Below the pieces are notes generated by a model. It ran no database searches and was not told where the DNA came from. It saw nothing but the letters and a program-made list of their open reading frames with translations. Below are positions 9,531-20,180 of a DNA stretch of 64,000 nt, one piece after another (position 1 is the stretch's first letter; each line of letters begins with the position of its first letter). The stretch is from a virus, in IMG/VR virus record IMGVR_UViG_3300008119_000006. The stretch is one strand, 5' to 3'. The position numbers and the translations under genes are program-made.

Positions 9531-10636
9531 TATTAGAAAGAGTTGATGCTCTCCATGTCGCAAAGGCATTCCATGATTACTTTAGTAATATTGGAAGTAC
9601 CGAAGAATATATGCGTGATGAAAAATTGAAATCGGTTGCCGAAATTCCAGCATCATTATTTCCACCAGAAGATGATTTGTTCTCCGATTTCACCATGCAC
9701 CCAAATGATATGGATATTGAGGTGTGTGAAATACCCAATACTCAATTCGAAACATTACTTGCCATTACCTCTTCTCATGTCAATAAAGCACCAGTTGGTA
9801 GAAACATACAATTGGCAGTTAAGGAGAAGAACTCAGGAAAGATTCTAGGATTCATTCGGTTGGGATCACCTGTCATCTATATGAAACCTAGAAATGAACT
9901 CTTAGGACAGGTCTGGATCCAACAGGAAGATACTGCCAAACGATTCAATGCTTCTACTATTATGGGTTTTGTAATTGTACCATCTCAACCATTTGGTTTT
10001 AATTACCTAGGTGGCAAACTTCTATCTGCCATTTGTACCAGTCATACAGTAAGAGAAATCTGTAATAAGAAATACGATATGAATGTTTGCCTATTTGAAA
10101 CTACCAGTTTGTATGGAAGTACCAAGTCTGTATCACAATATGATGGCATGAAACCTTATATTCGTTTTAGAGGTTTGACCGAATCAGATATCGTACCAAT
10201 GATGCACGGTGAACGATATACAGATTTGAAGGCATTTGTGGAAAGTAAAGTTGGAGATTTATTGGCGGGAGATACATCAAGTACCAGTAGAAAACTAAGA
10301 ACTTTTACCAAGATGATTGCCTTAACAAAAGCCGCTCTAAAGGGAACATCTGAAGGCGATGCTTTCAACCTAACGATTGAGAACGCCAAAAAGTTGACAG
10401 AGAAAAAAAGATATTATACATCTGATTATGGATTCAAAAATTCAGTTGATTACATGAACTGTAAAACCGATAAACTTTTACCTGGTGAAAATTATGCCAA
10501 ACATGAACTGGCCAATATCATTGAGTGGTGGCGGAGCAAAGCTATAAATAGATACGAAACCCTTAAAACTGAGGGTAGATTAAGAACAGAATTAGAAATC
10601 TGGACTTCAGGCAAAGACATTCAAATCATTAGGTGA
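9527..10636 (+). CDS. DruA/DUF4338-like protein
   Basis: VP.QPFGFNYLGGKLL and ETTSLYG..SQYD motifs recalled from the DruA/DUF4338 family. Confidence 0.6.
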   Translation: MILERVDALHVAKAFHDYFSNIGSTEEYMRDEKLKSVAEIPASLFPPEDDLFSDFTMHPNDMDIEVCEIPNTQFETLLAITSSHVNKAPVGRNIQLAVKEKNSGKILGFIRLGSPVIYMKPRNELLGQVWIQQEDTAKRFNASTIMGFVIVPSQPFGFNYLGGKLLSAICTSHTVREICNKKYDMNVCLFETTSLYGSTKSVSQYDGMKPYIRFRGLTESDIVPMMHGERYTDLKAFVESKVGDLLAGDTSSTSRKLRTFTKMIALTKAALKGTSEGDAFNLTIENAKKLTEKKRYYTSDYGFKNSVDYMNCKTDKLLPGENYAKHELANIIEWWRSKAINRYETLKTEGRLRTELEIWTSGKDIQIIR

Positions 10637-10639
10637 ATC

Positions 10640-12054
10640 ATGGCTACAGGAAATACTACTGAAGTTAAATCAGAAAAAGGATCAATTTGGATTTTTGAAA
10701 GGGTGTTACAAGATGATGTGAATTATAAAAATTTAACACCCACAACTCAGTTTGTTGATAAAAAAACTCAAGATAAAATTATAAAGAGTTGGTCCGAATA
10801 TGATGAAGAACCTACGAAAAAAAAAGAGAATGATAAAATTAGAAGTGAAAATGAAATTTTAAAACAAAACGGTAAACAGCCAAAACCACTTAAAACAAGA
10901 AAATGGTCTACTTGGTTAAACATTCGTTTAGATAAAAAATATGCTGAATTGGCTGAAATTTGGGATCCTCAAAATAAACAAAAAGACCAATCAGTTGAAG
11001 GATATGATTGGTCTTCCGTGCCTTTAGATTGGCAAAAATCTTTTTATGCACAACAAGAAGCTATGCTAGAAAAATTTTCAGCCAGCAATTTTAAAGTTAT
11101 GAAATTTGGTCGTGCCGATGAACCTTTTGGTAAATTTATAGAAGGTTTAGTTAAACCATTAGGTATACAAAAGAAAGATACATGGAATCCAGCTGATATT
11201 TGGATTGTAGACAGATATAAAGAAAATAACAACTAAACAAAGTATTAAGGTCTTTGTATGCCAGCAAAACAATCATTGGCGTATCACTTAAATTAACTAA
11301 AGAAAAAGCGGATTATATTGATGTTAACGTGGTATTGAATGCTGCTGGGCTGGACGAAGCTGCAACAAATAAAAGATTTCAAGAAATAGAAGATTTATTA
11401 GGTGAAATAGATAATATACGTTGTGATTTATCAATACAACCTTTTTCAAAAATTTATACAACACCCAAAGCATATTTAGAAAAAACTACAAAGATGCAAA
11501 AGTTGTTAAAATTACCAACTTATCCTATAAATCCAATGTCTTTTGGTACACAAGAAACATCAATTCAAATTAAAGAAAGTGATGATAAAATTTATTTTTT
11601 AACCATCAAAGCTACACAAACAAGTGAATATTCAAATTTAAAATATGAACCTACAGAAAAAGGTAAAAGTTCTGCTAAGTTAGGTAAAGCTGGTGTTAAA
11701 CAAGTTGATGAGTTATTTAAAAAGTATGGAATAAAATTTGAGAATGATAATAGTAAATATCCAAAAGTGTATAATAGTGAAGTTGATACAATAGTAAACA
11801 CTTTTTCACAAAGAAAAAATACATCCGGAATATCTTTCATTACTGGAGAATCATCATCTTCTAATTTTTTAAAGAATATTAAAGAAGTTTATGCTTCCGA
11901 TCCTGTAACAGCTCAATCGAAACTAATGCAATTAAATTTATTCTCAGAAATTTTATCATTAAAAGATATTGAGGTTAGAAAACTTATGACAGATATTGTA
12001 TACATTGCTAAAAAAGAAGGAAAAAGTTATGGTCCTTTTGGAAAGGTATATTAA
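10640..12054 (+). pseudogene. WNPADIW-type putative PD-(D/E)xK-like nuclease, split by a frameshift/deletion near 11230
   Basis: ORF 10640-11236 ends just after WNPADIW; a second frame opens at 11230 with QLNKVLRSLYASKTIIGVSLK. Confidence 0.55.
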
Positions 12055-12332
12055 TGGCACTCATTGACTTTGACAAACTAGCATCACAATACGATGATGA
12101 TAATGACTTTGGATTCTCAGCTGTATCCGAAGAAGAATATAATTCAGTCATCAATAAGACCGCACAGACGGCTGACGATTATAAAGCACGATTGAAAGAA
12201 GTTGAAAAGATTATTATTCCTTTTCTTACCAAACTCCATTCTACTGGAGATAAAGAATACATATATTGGCCAAATCGTAAACCAATTATCGAAAAACAAA
12301 TTGAAAGAATATTAAAACTAACGAAAGATTAA
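12054..12332 (+). CDS. Conserved T4-like hypothetical protein
   Basis: DFGFSAVSEEE...IIPFL..L...KEYIYWPNR. Confidence 0.7.
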   Translation: MALIDFDKLASQYDDDNDFGFSAVSEEEYNSVINKTAQTADDYKARLKEVEKIIIPFLTKLHSTGDKEYIYWPNRKPIIEKQIERILKLTKD

Positions 12333-12334
12333 TT

Positions 12335-13048
12335 ATGACTGCAACCGTGATTATACCGACCACAGGTGTTCCTGAGGTTCGTGATGCTATCAATTCTGTA
12401 TTAAATCAAACTTATCTCACTACTTGTTATGTGGTCGTTGATGGTGAAGAAAATTATGACAAAGCCAAAGCAATTGTTGATGATTATACACACGATGAAC
12501 GCTTTCGTGTTTGTTATTTACCAATCAATGTTGGTGCCAAAGGATTCTATGGCCACCGTGTGTATGCCGCATTTACACATTTGGTAGATACTGATTATGT
12601 AATGTATCTTGACCAAGATAATTGGTTGACCAGCCGCCATGTTCAAAATTGTGTTGAAACTATTGAAAGAAGAAACCTTGATTGGTGTTATTCACTAAGA
12701 CAAGTACACAATAAAGCAGGAGATTTTGTTTGCTTTGATGATTGTGAATCACTAGGTAAATGGCAAACATATCATGGTACGAATCACATTGATACAAACT
12801 CCTATTGCCTAAAGACTGAAATTGCTGTAAAATTGGCCTCTGCGTGGCACGGTGGTTGGGGCCAAGATAGAGTATTTCTTGGTGTAGTAACACAACACTT
12901 TCCTAAGTGGGATTGTACAAATGAATATACTGTGCATTATCGCACAGATGGTGGTAAAGGTTCTGTAACAACAGATTTCTTTATTAATGGTAACGAAGTA
13001 ATGTTGAAAAAATATGATGGGAAATATCCATGGCGTCAAAGAACTTAA
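12335..13048 (+). CDS. GT-A (GT2) glycosyltransferase
   Basis: TVIIPT, VVVDG, YLDQDN DxD motif. Confidence 0.85.
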   Translation: MTATVIIPTTGVPEVRDAINSVLNQTYLTTCYVVVDGEENYDKAKAIVDDYTHDERFRVCYLPINVGAKGFYGHRVYAAFTHLVDTDYVMYLDQDNWLTSRHVQNCVETIERRNLDWCYSLRQVHNKAGDFVCFDDCESLGKWQTYHGTNHIDTNSYCLKTEIAVKLASAWHGGWGQDRVFLGVVTQHFPKWDCTNEYTVHYRTDGGKGSVTTDFFINGNEVMLKKYDGKYPWRQRT

Positions 13049-13866
13049 TCATTGGTGGTTTTACAAACTACGGAATCAGTCAATTAAAACCTTGGGTACT
13101 ATCAGCAAAAGTTCATGCTGGTGATAATGATGTTGTTTTGGTTTATGGTAACGCCTCTGATGAAACCTTAGATTGGTTGATTGAACAAGGTGTTGTTATT
13201 GTTCCTATGCTAGAGGTTCCGAATGTGCCAATCCATGTATTACGGTTTCTATCAATCTATGAATATCTCCACAGATATTGGCAAGATTATGAGTATGTGA
13301 TTACCACAGATGTCAAAGATGTTTACTTTCAAACTGACCCATTTAAATTTCTAGTTAATCGTAAATTGGTTATTGCTTCTGAAGGTTTGAAATATAAAGA
13401 TGAATCGTGGGGTAACGAAAATCTATTTCAAGCTTATGGTCCATATGTTTATGAACAATTTAAAGAAAATGAAATCTTTAATGTTGGAACATTCGGTGGC
13501 CAATCTGAATATGTAAAAGATATGGTGTTTCATATCTTCACTAACGGCATCAACCGACCAATTCCTATTTGTGACCAAGCCGTATTCAATGTGTTACTCA
13601 ATACACAACCATTCAAAGATATTGCATCAAAAACAATTCAATGGGCAGCTGAACTAGGCACTATTATGGATCCATCAAAGATTGATGGTTTTAGACCTAA
13701 TCTTCTTTTTGCTGAGCCCGTTTGGGAAAATGGTTTACTGAAAGATGTCACAGGACATATCTTCCCTATTGTACATCAGTATGATAGAGTACCAGAAATT
13801 AAAGCGTTTGTCCAAAAGAAATTTGGCCAAGAAGATGAATCACAGTACTTTATTTACAGGACATAA
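13030..13866 (+). CDS. GT-A-like glycosyltransferase
   Basis: TDVKDVYFQ, NVGTFGG, DQAVFN, VHQYDR. Confidence 0.75.
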   Translation: MASKNLIIGGFTNYGISQLKPWVLSAKVHAGDNDVVLVYGNASDETLDWLIEQGVVIVPMLEVPNVPIHVLRFLSIYEYLHRYWQDYEYVITTDVKDVYFQTDPFKFLVNRKLVIASEGLKYKDESWGNENLFQAYGPYVYEQFKENEIFNVGTFGGQSEYVKDMVFHIFTNGINRPIPICDQAVFNVLLNTQPFKDIASKTIQWAAELGTIMDPSKIDGFRPNLLFAEPVWENGLLKDVTGHIFPIVHQYDRVPEIKAFVQKKFGQEDESQYFIYRT

Positions 13867-13867
13867 T

Positions 13868-14461
13868 ATGCAGGATTTTACTTTTGTTTATCGTACTGAT
13901 AACGGATCATTTGGTGCAATACAACCTAACACCGGCATTTATAGTCCTGCAATTGAACCATCAGGTCGTGGATTAGGCGAAATGGTTGCCAATAAGAATA
14001 AACCAGTTGTTTTAGAAATTGGTTGTGATTCAGGAGAAACAACACAATTTTTATTGGAATCAAATCCAGAATTAACAATTCATTGTGTTGACCCATATAC
14101 TGATTTTGAAGATTGGAATGGTTCTCATGTTACAAATAGAGAATCGATGTATCAAAGTGTACTACAACGCTTTGCGCCTTATGGTGAACGATTTAAACAG
14201 TATCGTCAAATATCGAATGACGCTTTAGATAATTTTGAAGATGGCCAATTTGATTTAATTTTCATCGATGGTCTACACACTTATGAACAAGTGTCGTGGG
14301 ATTGTGAAAACTATTATTCAAAAGTTAAAAAGGGTGGTGTATTTGCTGGCCATGATTTTGATGCCATTCCTGCCGTAAAACAAGCAGTAGAAGCATTTGC
14401 AGCAAAAATGAATAAAGTTATTATGGCTACTAATCATGATGTTTGGTATTGGATAAAGTGA
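13868..14461 (+). CDS. Class I SAM methyltransferase (Methyltransf_24-like)
   Basis: LEIGCDSG, VDPY, DLIFIDGLHTY, GHD. Confidence 0.85.
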   Translation: MQDFTFVYRTDNGSFGAIQPNTGIYSPAIEPSGRGLGEMVANKNKPVVLEIGCDSGETTQFLLESNPELTIHCVDPYTDFEDWNGSHVTNRESMYQSVLQRFAPYGERFKQYRQISNDALDNFEDGQFDLIFIDGLHTYEQVSWDCENYYSKVKKGGVFAGHDFDAIPAVKQAVEAFAAKMNKVIMATNHDVWYWIK

Positions 14462-15237
14462 AAACATTAATTGTAGGACAAAACAGTTTTATTGGTAAAC
14501 ATTTATTCCATAGTATCAAGAATGTGGATATTATTTCCTATTCCGATATTGACAATATTAATATGTCAGAGTATAATACTATATTAAATTGTGCCATCTC
14601 ACCGGAGATGAAGTTTGATGATTATAGAGAATATCGAGATATAGATTACAAAGTGGCCTGTAAGGCACGACTATACAACTGCCATTTTATAATGTTGAGT
14701 ACAAGAAAAGTTTATGGTAATTCCACAGAATTAAAAACATATAATGAAGAATCAGAATTAAATCCTTTTGATAAGTATAGTGAGAATAAACTCCGTTCAG
14801 AACAAAATATTTTAAAAGTAAATCCAACATCTACCATACTACGAGGTTCTAATGTAATTGGATTTGAATATGGCAGAAAGTCTTTTATGGGTTACTGTAT
14901 GACACAATTAAAGAACAATGATGAAATACTATATGAGATGGATCCAGATTTGAAACGAGATTTTATCGATATAGATAATGTATGTAAAACACTAAAAAAA
15001 GTAATTGAAGTAAAACCACAAGGGATTTATAATCTAAGTTCTAATATTGGTTTCAGTATTGGTGATGTATCAAAGTTGTTAATTAAAGGTTATGGTTCAG
15101 GTAAGATGGTTGTTGATATCACCAAACAAGGTGAACAGTTTATCTTAGACAATACTAAATTGGAGGCTGCTCTAAATACAAGTATAGGACCATTTGACTT
15201 TGATAATATCATTTTTGAAATTGGAAAAAAATTATGA
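14458..15237 (+). CDS. NAD-dependent epimerase/dehydratase
   Basis: GQNSFIG, STRKVYG, YSENK (YxxxK), RDFIDI. Confidence 0.8.
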   Translation: MKTLIVGQNSFIGKHLFHSIKNVDIISYSDIDNINMSEYNTILNCAISPEMKFDDYREYRDIDYKVACKARLYNCHFIMLSTRKVYGNSTELKTYNEESELNPFDKYSENKLRSEQNILKVNPTSTILRGSNVIGFEYGRKSFMGYCMTQLKNNDEILYEMDPDLKRDFIDIDNVCKTLKKVIEVKPQGIYNLSSNIGFSIGDVSKLLIKGYGSGKMVVDITKQGEQFILDNTKLEAALNTSIGPFDFDNIIFEIGKKL

Positions 15238-15713
15238 AAATTGGATTTAATTGTTCGTCATTCGACCTTCTTCATGCTGGCCATGTTACCATGTTGAAGA
15301 TGGAAAAACAACTTTGTGACTATCTCATTGTCGCACTTCAAGTAGACCCCACCATTGACCGACCAGGCGTCAAAAATAAACCATCACAATCAGTATATGA
15401 ACGATATGTACAATTACAAGGTTGTAAGTATGTTGATGAAATTTTGGTATACAGTACCGAAGCTGATTTATTAAATCTAATTCAAACTCAAACAATGCAC
15501 ATTCGTTTTTTAAGTGAAGAATATCTTAACCGTGACTTTACTGGTAAACAATATTGTTTAGATAATGATATTGAAATACACTATCATAAACGCCAACACA
15601 CATACAGTTCTTCAGAATTAAGAAAGCGTGTTTATGAATTGGAGAAGAAAAAAAATGAAGAACAATTTAAAGTAGAAGTACCACAACATTCACCCACATT
15701 GATAAAACCATGA
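15234..15713 (+). CDS. Cytidylyltransferase (TagD/RfaE-like)
   Basis: FDLLHAGH, CKYVDE, YSSSELR. Confidence 0.88.
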   Translation: MKIGFNCSSFDLLHAGHVTMLKMEKQLCDYLIVALQVDPTIDRPGVKNKPSQSVYERYVQLQGCKYVDEILVYSTEADLLNLIQTQTMHIRFLSEEYLNRDFTGKQYCLDNDIEIHYHKRQHTYSSSELRKRVYELEKKKNEEQFKVEVPQHSPTLIKP

Positions 15714-16534
15714 ATAATGACGTAAGTATTGTAACATTCTTTTTTGATACTGGTCGTGGTGATTGGACACCTGATAAAGGTTTTCCACATTACTTACATC
15801 GCACAGTAGACACTTATTTTGAACGCTTTGGTTACATGGCGCAGTTAGATAATGAAATGATTATCTACACATCGCCGGAGTTTGTTGACCGTGTAATGGC
15901 CTTACGAAAAGGTAAAGAAGATAAGACCAAGGTTATTCCTTTTGACTATCATGGTCAATTTGCAGAACAGAAGAAAAAGTACTATGATATTCAAAGAATG
16001 GAATCATATGCTAGTAGAGTTAATCCTTCACAAAGATTAAATCCAGAATATTGGAATCCTGATTACATACAGTTGATGTACCTCAAGTCATTCTTTATTA
16101 AGTGGGCTTTGGATAATAATCTAATTACCAATGACTATGTTGCTCAGATTGATTTCGGTTATTGTAGGACACCTGATAAGATTCCTTCAAGTAAGAAATG
16201 GTCTTATGACTTTGGTAAAGACAAATTACAATTATTTGGTTACAGGCCATTTTTAAAAGGTCAACCAATTGAAGATGTAATCTTTAATAATATTGTTTAC
16301 ATTCTTGGCGCAAAGCAAGTTGGACATAGAGATTTATGGCCAGAAGTAAATCGATTAATTGTAGAGAGTATGGATGAATTGTTATCAAAGAATTTAATTG
16401 ATGATGACCAAACATTATGGTTAATGGCTTCATTAAAGAAACCAGAAATGTTTAATCTGAATATTATTCCTGACCACCAATTAGGTCACGATTCGTTTGT
16501 TTTGTTTAATAACTTTAATGATACTGTAAAATGA
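15710..16534 (+). CDS. HtrL/YibB (WlaTC) family glycosyltransferase
   Basis: IVTFFFDTGRG, PEYWNPDY, IDFGY, DDDQT. Confidence 0.8.
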   Translation: MNNDVSIVTFFFDTGRGDWTPDKGFPHYLHRTVDTYFERFGYMAQLDNEMIIYTSPEFVDRVMALRKGKEDKTKVIPFDYHGQFAEQKKKYYDIQRMESYASRVNPSQRLNPEYWNPDYIQLMYLKSFFIKWALDNNLITNDYVAQIDFGYCRTPDKIPSSKKWSYDFGKDKLQLFGYRPFLKGQPIEDVIFNNIVYILGAKQVGHRDLWPEVNRLIVESMDELLSKNLIDDDQTLWLMASLKKPEMFNLNIIPDHQLGHDSFVLFNNFNDTVK

Positions 16535-17274
16535 AATTATATCTTGTCGGCACAGCCAACCTTGGCGACTTTTTAAATGGTATGCCTGTATTATCAGGCC
16601 TGAGTAAAAAATTTGGTAAGTATGATTTAATCATCAAATCACCAATGCGTAAGTTTAACGGCATCAAAGAATTCTTGATGTACCAAGATTTGTTCTCTAG
16701 TGTGGAATTTGATGACGAAGTATTCATGTATGGTGAAGTGGTTCAATTAAGTTCATGGCCAATTCGTGAAGATAAAAAAGATCCTAATCGACCAATTGAA
16801 ACTTGCCGTTATGAAAACTGGATGAATGACAAGTATGGTGTTGATTTTCAAGTTGACGATGACTTTATTGTAAAGACACCAGAGTTCGATATTGAAATTA
16901 AAGATACCTACTATGTTGGTGACCGTTGGGCAGTAGGTGATATTGATGCTCGTAGAGAAACCCACATTCTATCACACCTCACTCAATATGAGTTCATTGA
17001 TTTCAATCGACCAATGTTAGAAAATGCGTATATCATTAAAAATTTAAAGAAACCATTTATTACCAATTTAACTGGTGTCGGAATGCTTGCCGACCTATGT
17101 AATGTTCCTTTATACTGTGTGTGGAAAGCAGAAGATTGGAAGCCAGAATGGCGAGTTGGTGATGATGTTCTTTGGGATGAAAATAAGAATATCGATAAAG
17201 TATTTGAGAAACATTTCTACTTAGACCGTAAAGGCAAATTAGTTCATGCAAAAGATTTGGAGGCCTTACTATGA
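16531..17274 (+). CDS. GT9-like glycosyltransferase (putative)
   Basis: N-terminal NLGD motif; FITNLTGVGMLA. Confidence 0.5.
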   Translation: MKLYLVGTANLGDFLNGMPVLSGLSKKFGKYDLIIKSPMRKFNGIKEFLMYQDLFSSVEFDDEVFMYGEVVQLSSWPIREDKKDPNRPIETCRYENWMNDKYGVDFQVDDDFIVKTPEFDIEIKDTYYVGDRWAVGDIDARRETHILSHLTQYEFIDFNRPMLENAYIIKNLKKPFITNLTGVGMLADLCNVPLYCVWKAEDWKPEWRVGDDVLWDENKNIDKVFEKHFYLDRKGKLVHAKDLEALL

Positions 17275-17948
17275 ATGAAGATACAGCAGTTGTAGTAACT
17301 GCCTATTGTGATGGCCAGAATCCTGAAGAAAAAAGGAAAATGGCCAAGACTTTGGTAAAAAGTTTAAAAGAAAAAGGTCATTATGTTTGTATGACCACAC
17401 ATTCAGTTTTAGATGAAGAAACTCAAAGTTATTGTGACGCCTATCTCTATGATAAGAATAATCCATGGCAGATTAATGGACAACCAACAAGACCAAACCA
17501 CGCTGTCGCAGAATTAATTCTGATGCACACAGCCAATGACTTTGTACAAAAATATGGTTTCAAAAATGTTTTTAAGATGACCTTTGATTTGAGTCCTAAT
17601 CTTGATGTACATGAAATTATCAATCGTAGTAAATCAAAAAATAAAAGATTGGTTACTTGTAGAAACAACACCGATTTAGGAACATTGTGTTTCTTTTCTG
17701 ATGTTGGTTTTTTAAGAGAAACCTTTCAGATGGACCAAATACATAGAATTAGTCCAGCAACAAACTACTCAGTTGAACCTACATGGTATCAATTAGTATT
17801 AGAAAAAGGATTGATAGATGAAACTTGTGATGAATATCCTTTATATCATGATTTTCTAAACATTCCACATGATGAACCCATGCACTATTCTGAAGTAGAT
17901 GATGTGCATTTGACCAACAAGATGCACGAATATAATTTTAATCTATGA
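17271..17948 (+). CDS. Putative glycosyltransferase-like protein
   Basis: Island context; AVVVTAY N-terminal strand, FKMTFD. Confidence 0.45.
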   Translation: MNEDTAVVVTAYCDGQNPEEKRKMAKTLVKSLKEKGHYVCMTTHSVLDEETQSYCDAYLYDKNNPWQINGQPTRPNHAVAELILMHTANDFVQKYGFKNVFKMTFDLSPNLDVHEIINRSKSKNKRLVTCRNNTDLGTLCFFSDVGFLRETFQMDQIHRISPATNYSVEPTWYQLVLEKGLIDETCDEYPLYHDFLNIPHDEPMHYSEVDDVHLTNKMHEYNFNL

Positions 17949-18436
17949 ATATTTTAACATACAAGGGTAGAGATTACCCACACTTTCAAGCCGAAGGTAA
18001 CGCATCACAATTTGCTATTCCATTTGCCAAACATTTTTGTAAAGGTTATGGAATAGATGTTGGTTGTAATCGTCAAGACTGGTGTTTTCCTGGTGCTATT
18101 GGTGTTGATTTAAATTTCAATGACGGTAATACAGCATACAATTTTGAATATAAAGATTTAGATTATGTTTACTCTAGTCATTGTTTGGAACATCTTCCAG
18201 ACTGGGTTACTGCTTTGGATTATTGGACAGCAAATCTAAAACCAGGCGGTGTACTGTTCTTGTATTTGCCTCACTATAATCAAGAATATTGGAGACCATT
18301 CAACAACAGAAAACATATCCATATGTTCTCTACTGAAAGTATTAGAGATTACATGATTGACCGTGGTTATATTAATATTTTTAATTCAGGCCGTGATATG
18401 AACGATTCGTTTATGATTGTAGGAGAGAAAAAATGA
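17945..18436 (+). CDS. Class I SAM methyltransferase
   Basis: IDVGC, DYVYSSHCLEH, LKPGG. Confidence 0.85.
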   Translation: MNILTYKGRDYPHFQAEGNASQFAIPFAKHFCKGYGIDVGCNRQDWCFPGAIGVDLNFNDGNTAYNFEYKDLDYVYSSHCLEHLPDWVTALDYWTANLKPGGVLFLYLPHYNQEYWRPFNNRKHIHMFSTESIRDYMIDRGYINIFNSGRDMNDSFMIVGEKK

Positions 18437-19140
18437 TTTTTAATATCGAAACGGGAGTATTTGGCGGTCCTGCTAGAAGTGGTGATTTGATTGCTATTGC
18501 CAATGTGGTTGCACATATGCGTAAACAGAATCCAGAAATTAAGTTTCACATGAAACAAGGTTCAATTAATTCAACCGACTATTGTGGTAAGATGTATAAT
18601 TTTCTTTTGGAACATACTGACTACTTTTCAGAAACTCCAGGTGAACAGTCTTTGCCATGGAGAAAAGTAAATATATTTGATTTCCGTGATATCTCTGGTG
18701 ACCAAGTTATTATTAAAAATGACAAAGAACAAAAGAAGAAAATTGTTGTGTGTCCAGTCCTCGATGCACCATATAATCAATATCGTAATTGGCCAGAGTC
18801 CACATTTCAGAGTATCATTGGCAAATTTGGCGAAGAACAATATAAAGATTATGAAAAGGTGATATGTGTTTCTCCAAATATAGCACTCAGACCAATTGAT
18901 GACTGGCAAATATCCACGGATTATGATACCAATCTAAATCATATTTTAGAGGCAGAAATCTTTGTTGGTGGTGATACCGCTACGTCCCACTTGGCAGGTT
19001 CGCTTGACAATGGACCTAAGGTTATGTTATACTTCTATTCCAGTCGAGCATTGGTTCATTCTTTCCCAATGCACTACCTAAATGGTAGAGGCAAACTTAT
19101 TACATATTGGTTAGATTTTGAAGGTACTACTTGGAGTTGA
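18433..19140 (+). CDS. GT9-like (heptosyltransferase-like) protein
   Basis: SGDLI, RNWP, FVGGDTATSHLAG. Confidence 0.6.
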   Translation: MIFNIETGVFGGPARSGDLIAIANVVAHMRKQNPEIKFHMKQGSINSTDYCGKMYNFLLEHTDYFSETPGEQSLPWRKVNIFDFRDISGDQVIIKNDKEQKKKIVVCPVLDAPYNQYRNWPESTFQSIIGKFGEEQYKDYEKVICVSPNIALRPIDDWQISTDYDTNLNHILEAEIFVGGDTATSHLAGSLDNGPKVMLYFYSSRALVHSFPMHYLNGRGKLITYWLDFEGTTWS

Positions 19141-19142
19141 AA

Positions 19143-20180
19143 ATGAGTAAAAACGTATTGATTACTGGCGGTGCCGGTTTTATTGCACATCATGTTATTG
19201 ACAAGATGCTTAAAGAAACAGATTGGAATATTACTTGTCTGGATCGTTTGGACATTTCTGGAAACTTAAATCGTTTACATGATATGTTACAAGACCATGA
19301 CCCAAAAATTATTTCTTCCCGTTTGCGTATTGTGTTCCACGACCTCAAAGCCGAACTAAATGAAATGATTGTCAAAGACATTGGTCAGATTGATATCGTT
19401 TTACATTTGGCTGCCGGCAGTCATGTAGACCGAAGCATTGAATATCCACTAGAGTTTGTACAAGATAATACTGTTGGTACAGTTAATATGTTAGACTATG
19501 CTCGTAAACATTTACCTAACTTAGAACGATTTGTATATTTCTCAACTGATGAAATTTTTGGTGTGGCACCTCCTGGTGTGGCATACAAAGAATATGACCG
19601 ATACAATTCAACAAACCCGTATTCAGCAAGTAAGGCTGCAGCAGAAGAATTCTGTGTTGCTTATGAGAACACTTACAAGATGCCTATTGTAGTTACACAC
19701 ACAATGAATGTGTTTGGTGAACGTCAACATCCTGAGAAGTTTATTCCAATGTGTATTCAGCGTGCTCGTGATGGTGAGAAAGTATACATTCATGCCAATG
19801 CTGATTGTACTGAAGCAGGTACTCGTATGTACATTCATGCCAAAGATGTAGCAGAAGGTCTAATGTTTATTCTTAATAATTTACCTAAAGATTATAAACA
19901 TACTGGTGATTATGGTTGGGCTCATTGTCCTAAATTCAATCTTGTTGGCACAGAAGAAATTGATAACTTGTCTTTGGCTAAGATGATTGCTGAAGCACAA
20001 GGCAAAGAACTTAATTATGAAATGGTTGATTTCCACGGCAGTAGACCTGGCCACGATTTACGATATGCACTTGATGGTGGCCTATTGAAATCTTTAGGAT
20101 GGGAACCAAAGATTAAGTTGAGTGAGCGTATTAAAGAAATGACACTTTGGACATTGGAGAACAAGCGTTGGCTTCACTAG
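19143..20180 (+). CDS. rfbB: dTDP-glucose 4,6-dehydratase-like
   Basis: TGGAGFI, LAAGSHVDRSI, STDE, PYSASKA, RPGHDLRY. Confidence 0.9.
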   Translation: MSKNVLITGGAGFIAHHVIDKMLKETDWNITCLDRLDISGNLNRLHDMLQDHDPKIISSRLRIVFHDLKAELNEMIVKDIGQIDIVLHLAAGSHVDRSIEYPLEFVQDNTVGTVNMLDYARKHLPNLERFVYFSTDEIFGVAPPGVAYKEYDRYNSTNPYSASKAAAEEFCVAYENTYKMPIVVTHTMNVFGERQHPEKFIPMCIQRARDGEKVYIHANADCTEAGTRMYIHAKDVAEGLMFILNNLPKDYKHTGDYGWAHCPKFNLVGTEEIDNLSLAKMIAEAQGKELNYEMVDFHGSRPGHDLRYALDGGLLKSLGWEPKIKLSERIKEMTLWTLENKRWLH

